Source: Octopus bimaculoides
Taxonomy: Eukaryota
Direction of reading: 5' to 3'
Assembly: GCF_001194135.2 (NCBI RefSeq)
Contig: NC_068998.1
Span: 53,328,927 to 53,392,926 of the forward strand
Length of the DNA stretch: 64,000 nucleotides
The notes under the pieces were generated by a model that worked only from the letters and a program-made list of their open reading frames with translations, ran no database searches and was not told the DNA's origin. Below are positions 63,433 through 64,000 of the stretch, piece by piece (positions within the stretch are counted from its first letter, which is position 1; each line of letters begins with the position of its first letter). A program made the translations under genes and the position numbers.

Positions 63433-64000
63433 ATAAATGTGTATGAGTTATCTTTGTGTGTGCGTGTAAAGTTATTTCCTTTATTACTGCATATAAAAAA
63501 CAACGGCTGAGTCTAAAATTCTTCCTACAAAATAATTAAGTGGAAATAACTGCATTTATCTTTCCCGAATATGATTGCCAGTCTTGTTTCACAATTAGAG
63601 ATAATTTATAGCTTAATAAAGAAATAAAATATCTTGAGAAAAGTGTCATAAAAGCCTCTCAACTAAGCAACACTCGAGAAAACACGCAGCGAACTTCTTA
63701 AATGTAGGTGGAAAGGTTAGAGTACTATTAAAAAGGGGGAAAAAAGAAATAAACTCAATGTGTAGTATCAGAAATAATGATAAATAAATTCTTTCAATAC
63801 ATTATAAACACAGTAAAACATTAAAGATAAGGAGATACAAATACATCGTCGATCAACATAGATAACAAAGAAGATATAAAATGATAATAAACAAAATATG
63901 TATTAGACTTACAAATCTACTTGGCAGAACTAGAAAAAAGTAACATAACAAAGATACACATTTTCAAATTTTAGCGTTCTTGTATAGAAGATTTTAGTAC

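Noticed and set aside
1-64000. CRISPR arrays, operons, rRNA, tRNA genes and prokaryotic promoters or terminators
   Set aside because: None seen. There are no regularly spaced repeat-spacer arrays, and the tRNA-like boxes belong to degenerate SINE heads rather than complete cloverleafs.

Overview
This is AT-rich eukaryotic intronic or intergenic DNA, dense in (AT)n/(CA)n/(TG)n microsatellites, with 15 N-gaps (about 4.35 kb), 14 of them bordered by microsatellites. The repeat families look like those I recognise from Octopus genomes. That assignment is an inference and was not checked against a database. I found no complete protein-coding gene, tRNA, rRNA or CRISPR array; almost all entries in the ORF track are microsatellite, gap or chance artefacts. 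What the sequence supports is a collection of decayed mobile elements: a Helitron Rep-region remnant (about 8.45-11.25 kb) with two nested SINEs, three tRNA-like SINE families, 3' ends of RTE/Rex3-like LINEs, a CR1-like LINE 3' end, a probable LINE tail encoding two C2H2 zinc fingers, two Penelope-like terminal repeats and a mariner-like end. The most interesting observations are four. (1) Both Penelope-like repeats contain a minimal hammerhead-ribozyme-like fold with the same non-canonical core, CUGUNGA instead of CUGANGA. (2) An inverted duplication of about 260 bp per arm at 44.35-45.2 kb includes non-SINE DNA and could form a long dsRNA. (3) The CR1-like LINE shares its 3' tail with one SINE family. 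(4) The double-C2H2 retroelement tail mimics a zinc-finger gene. A few possible host exons are listed at low confidence. I found no clear evidence of a new multi-gene system.
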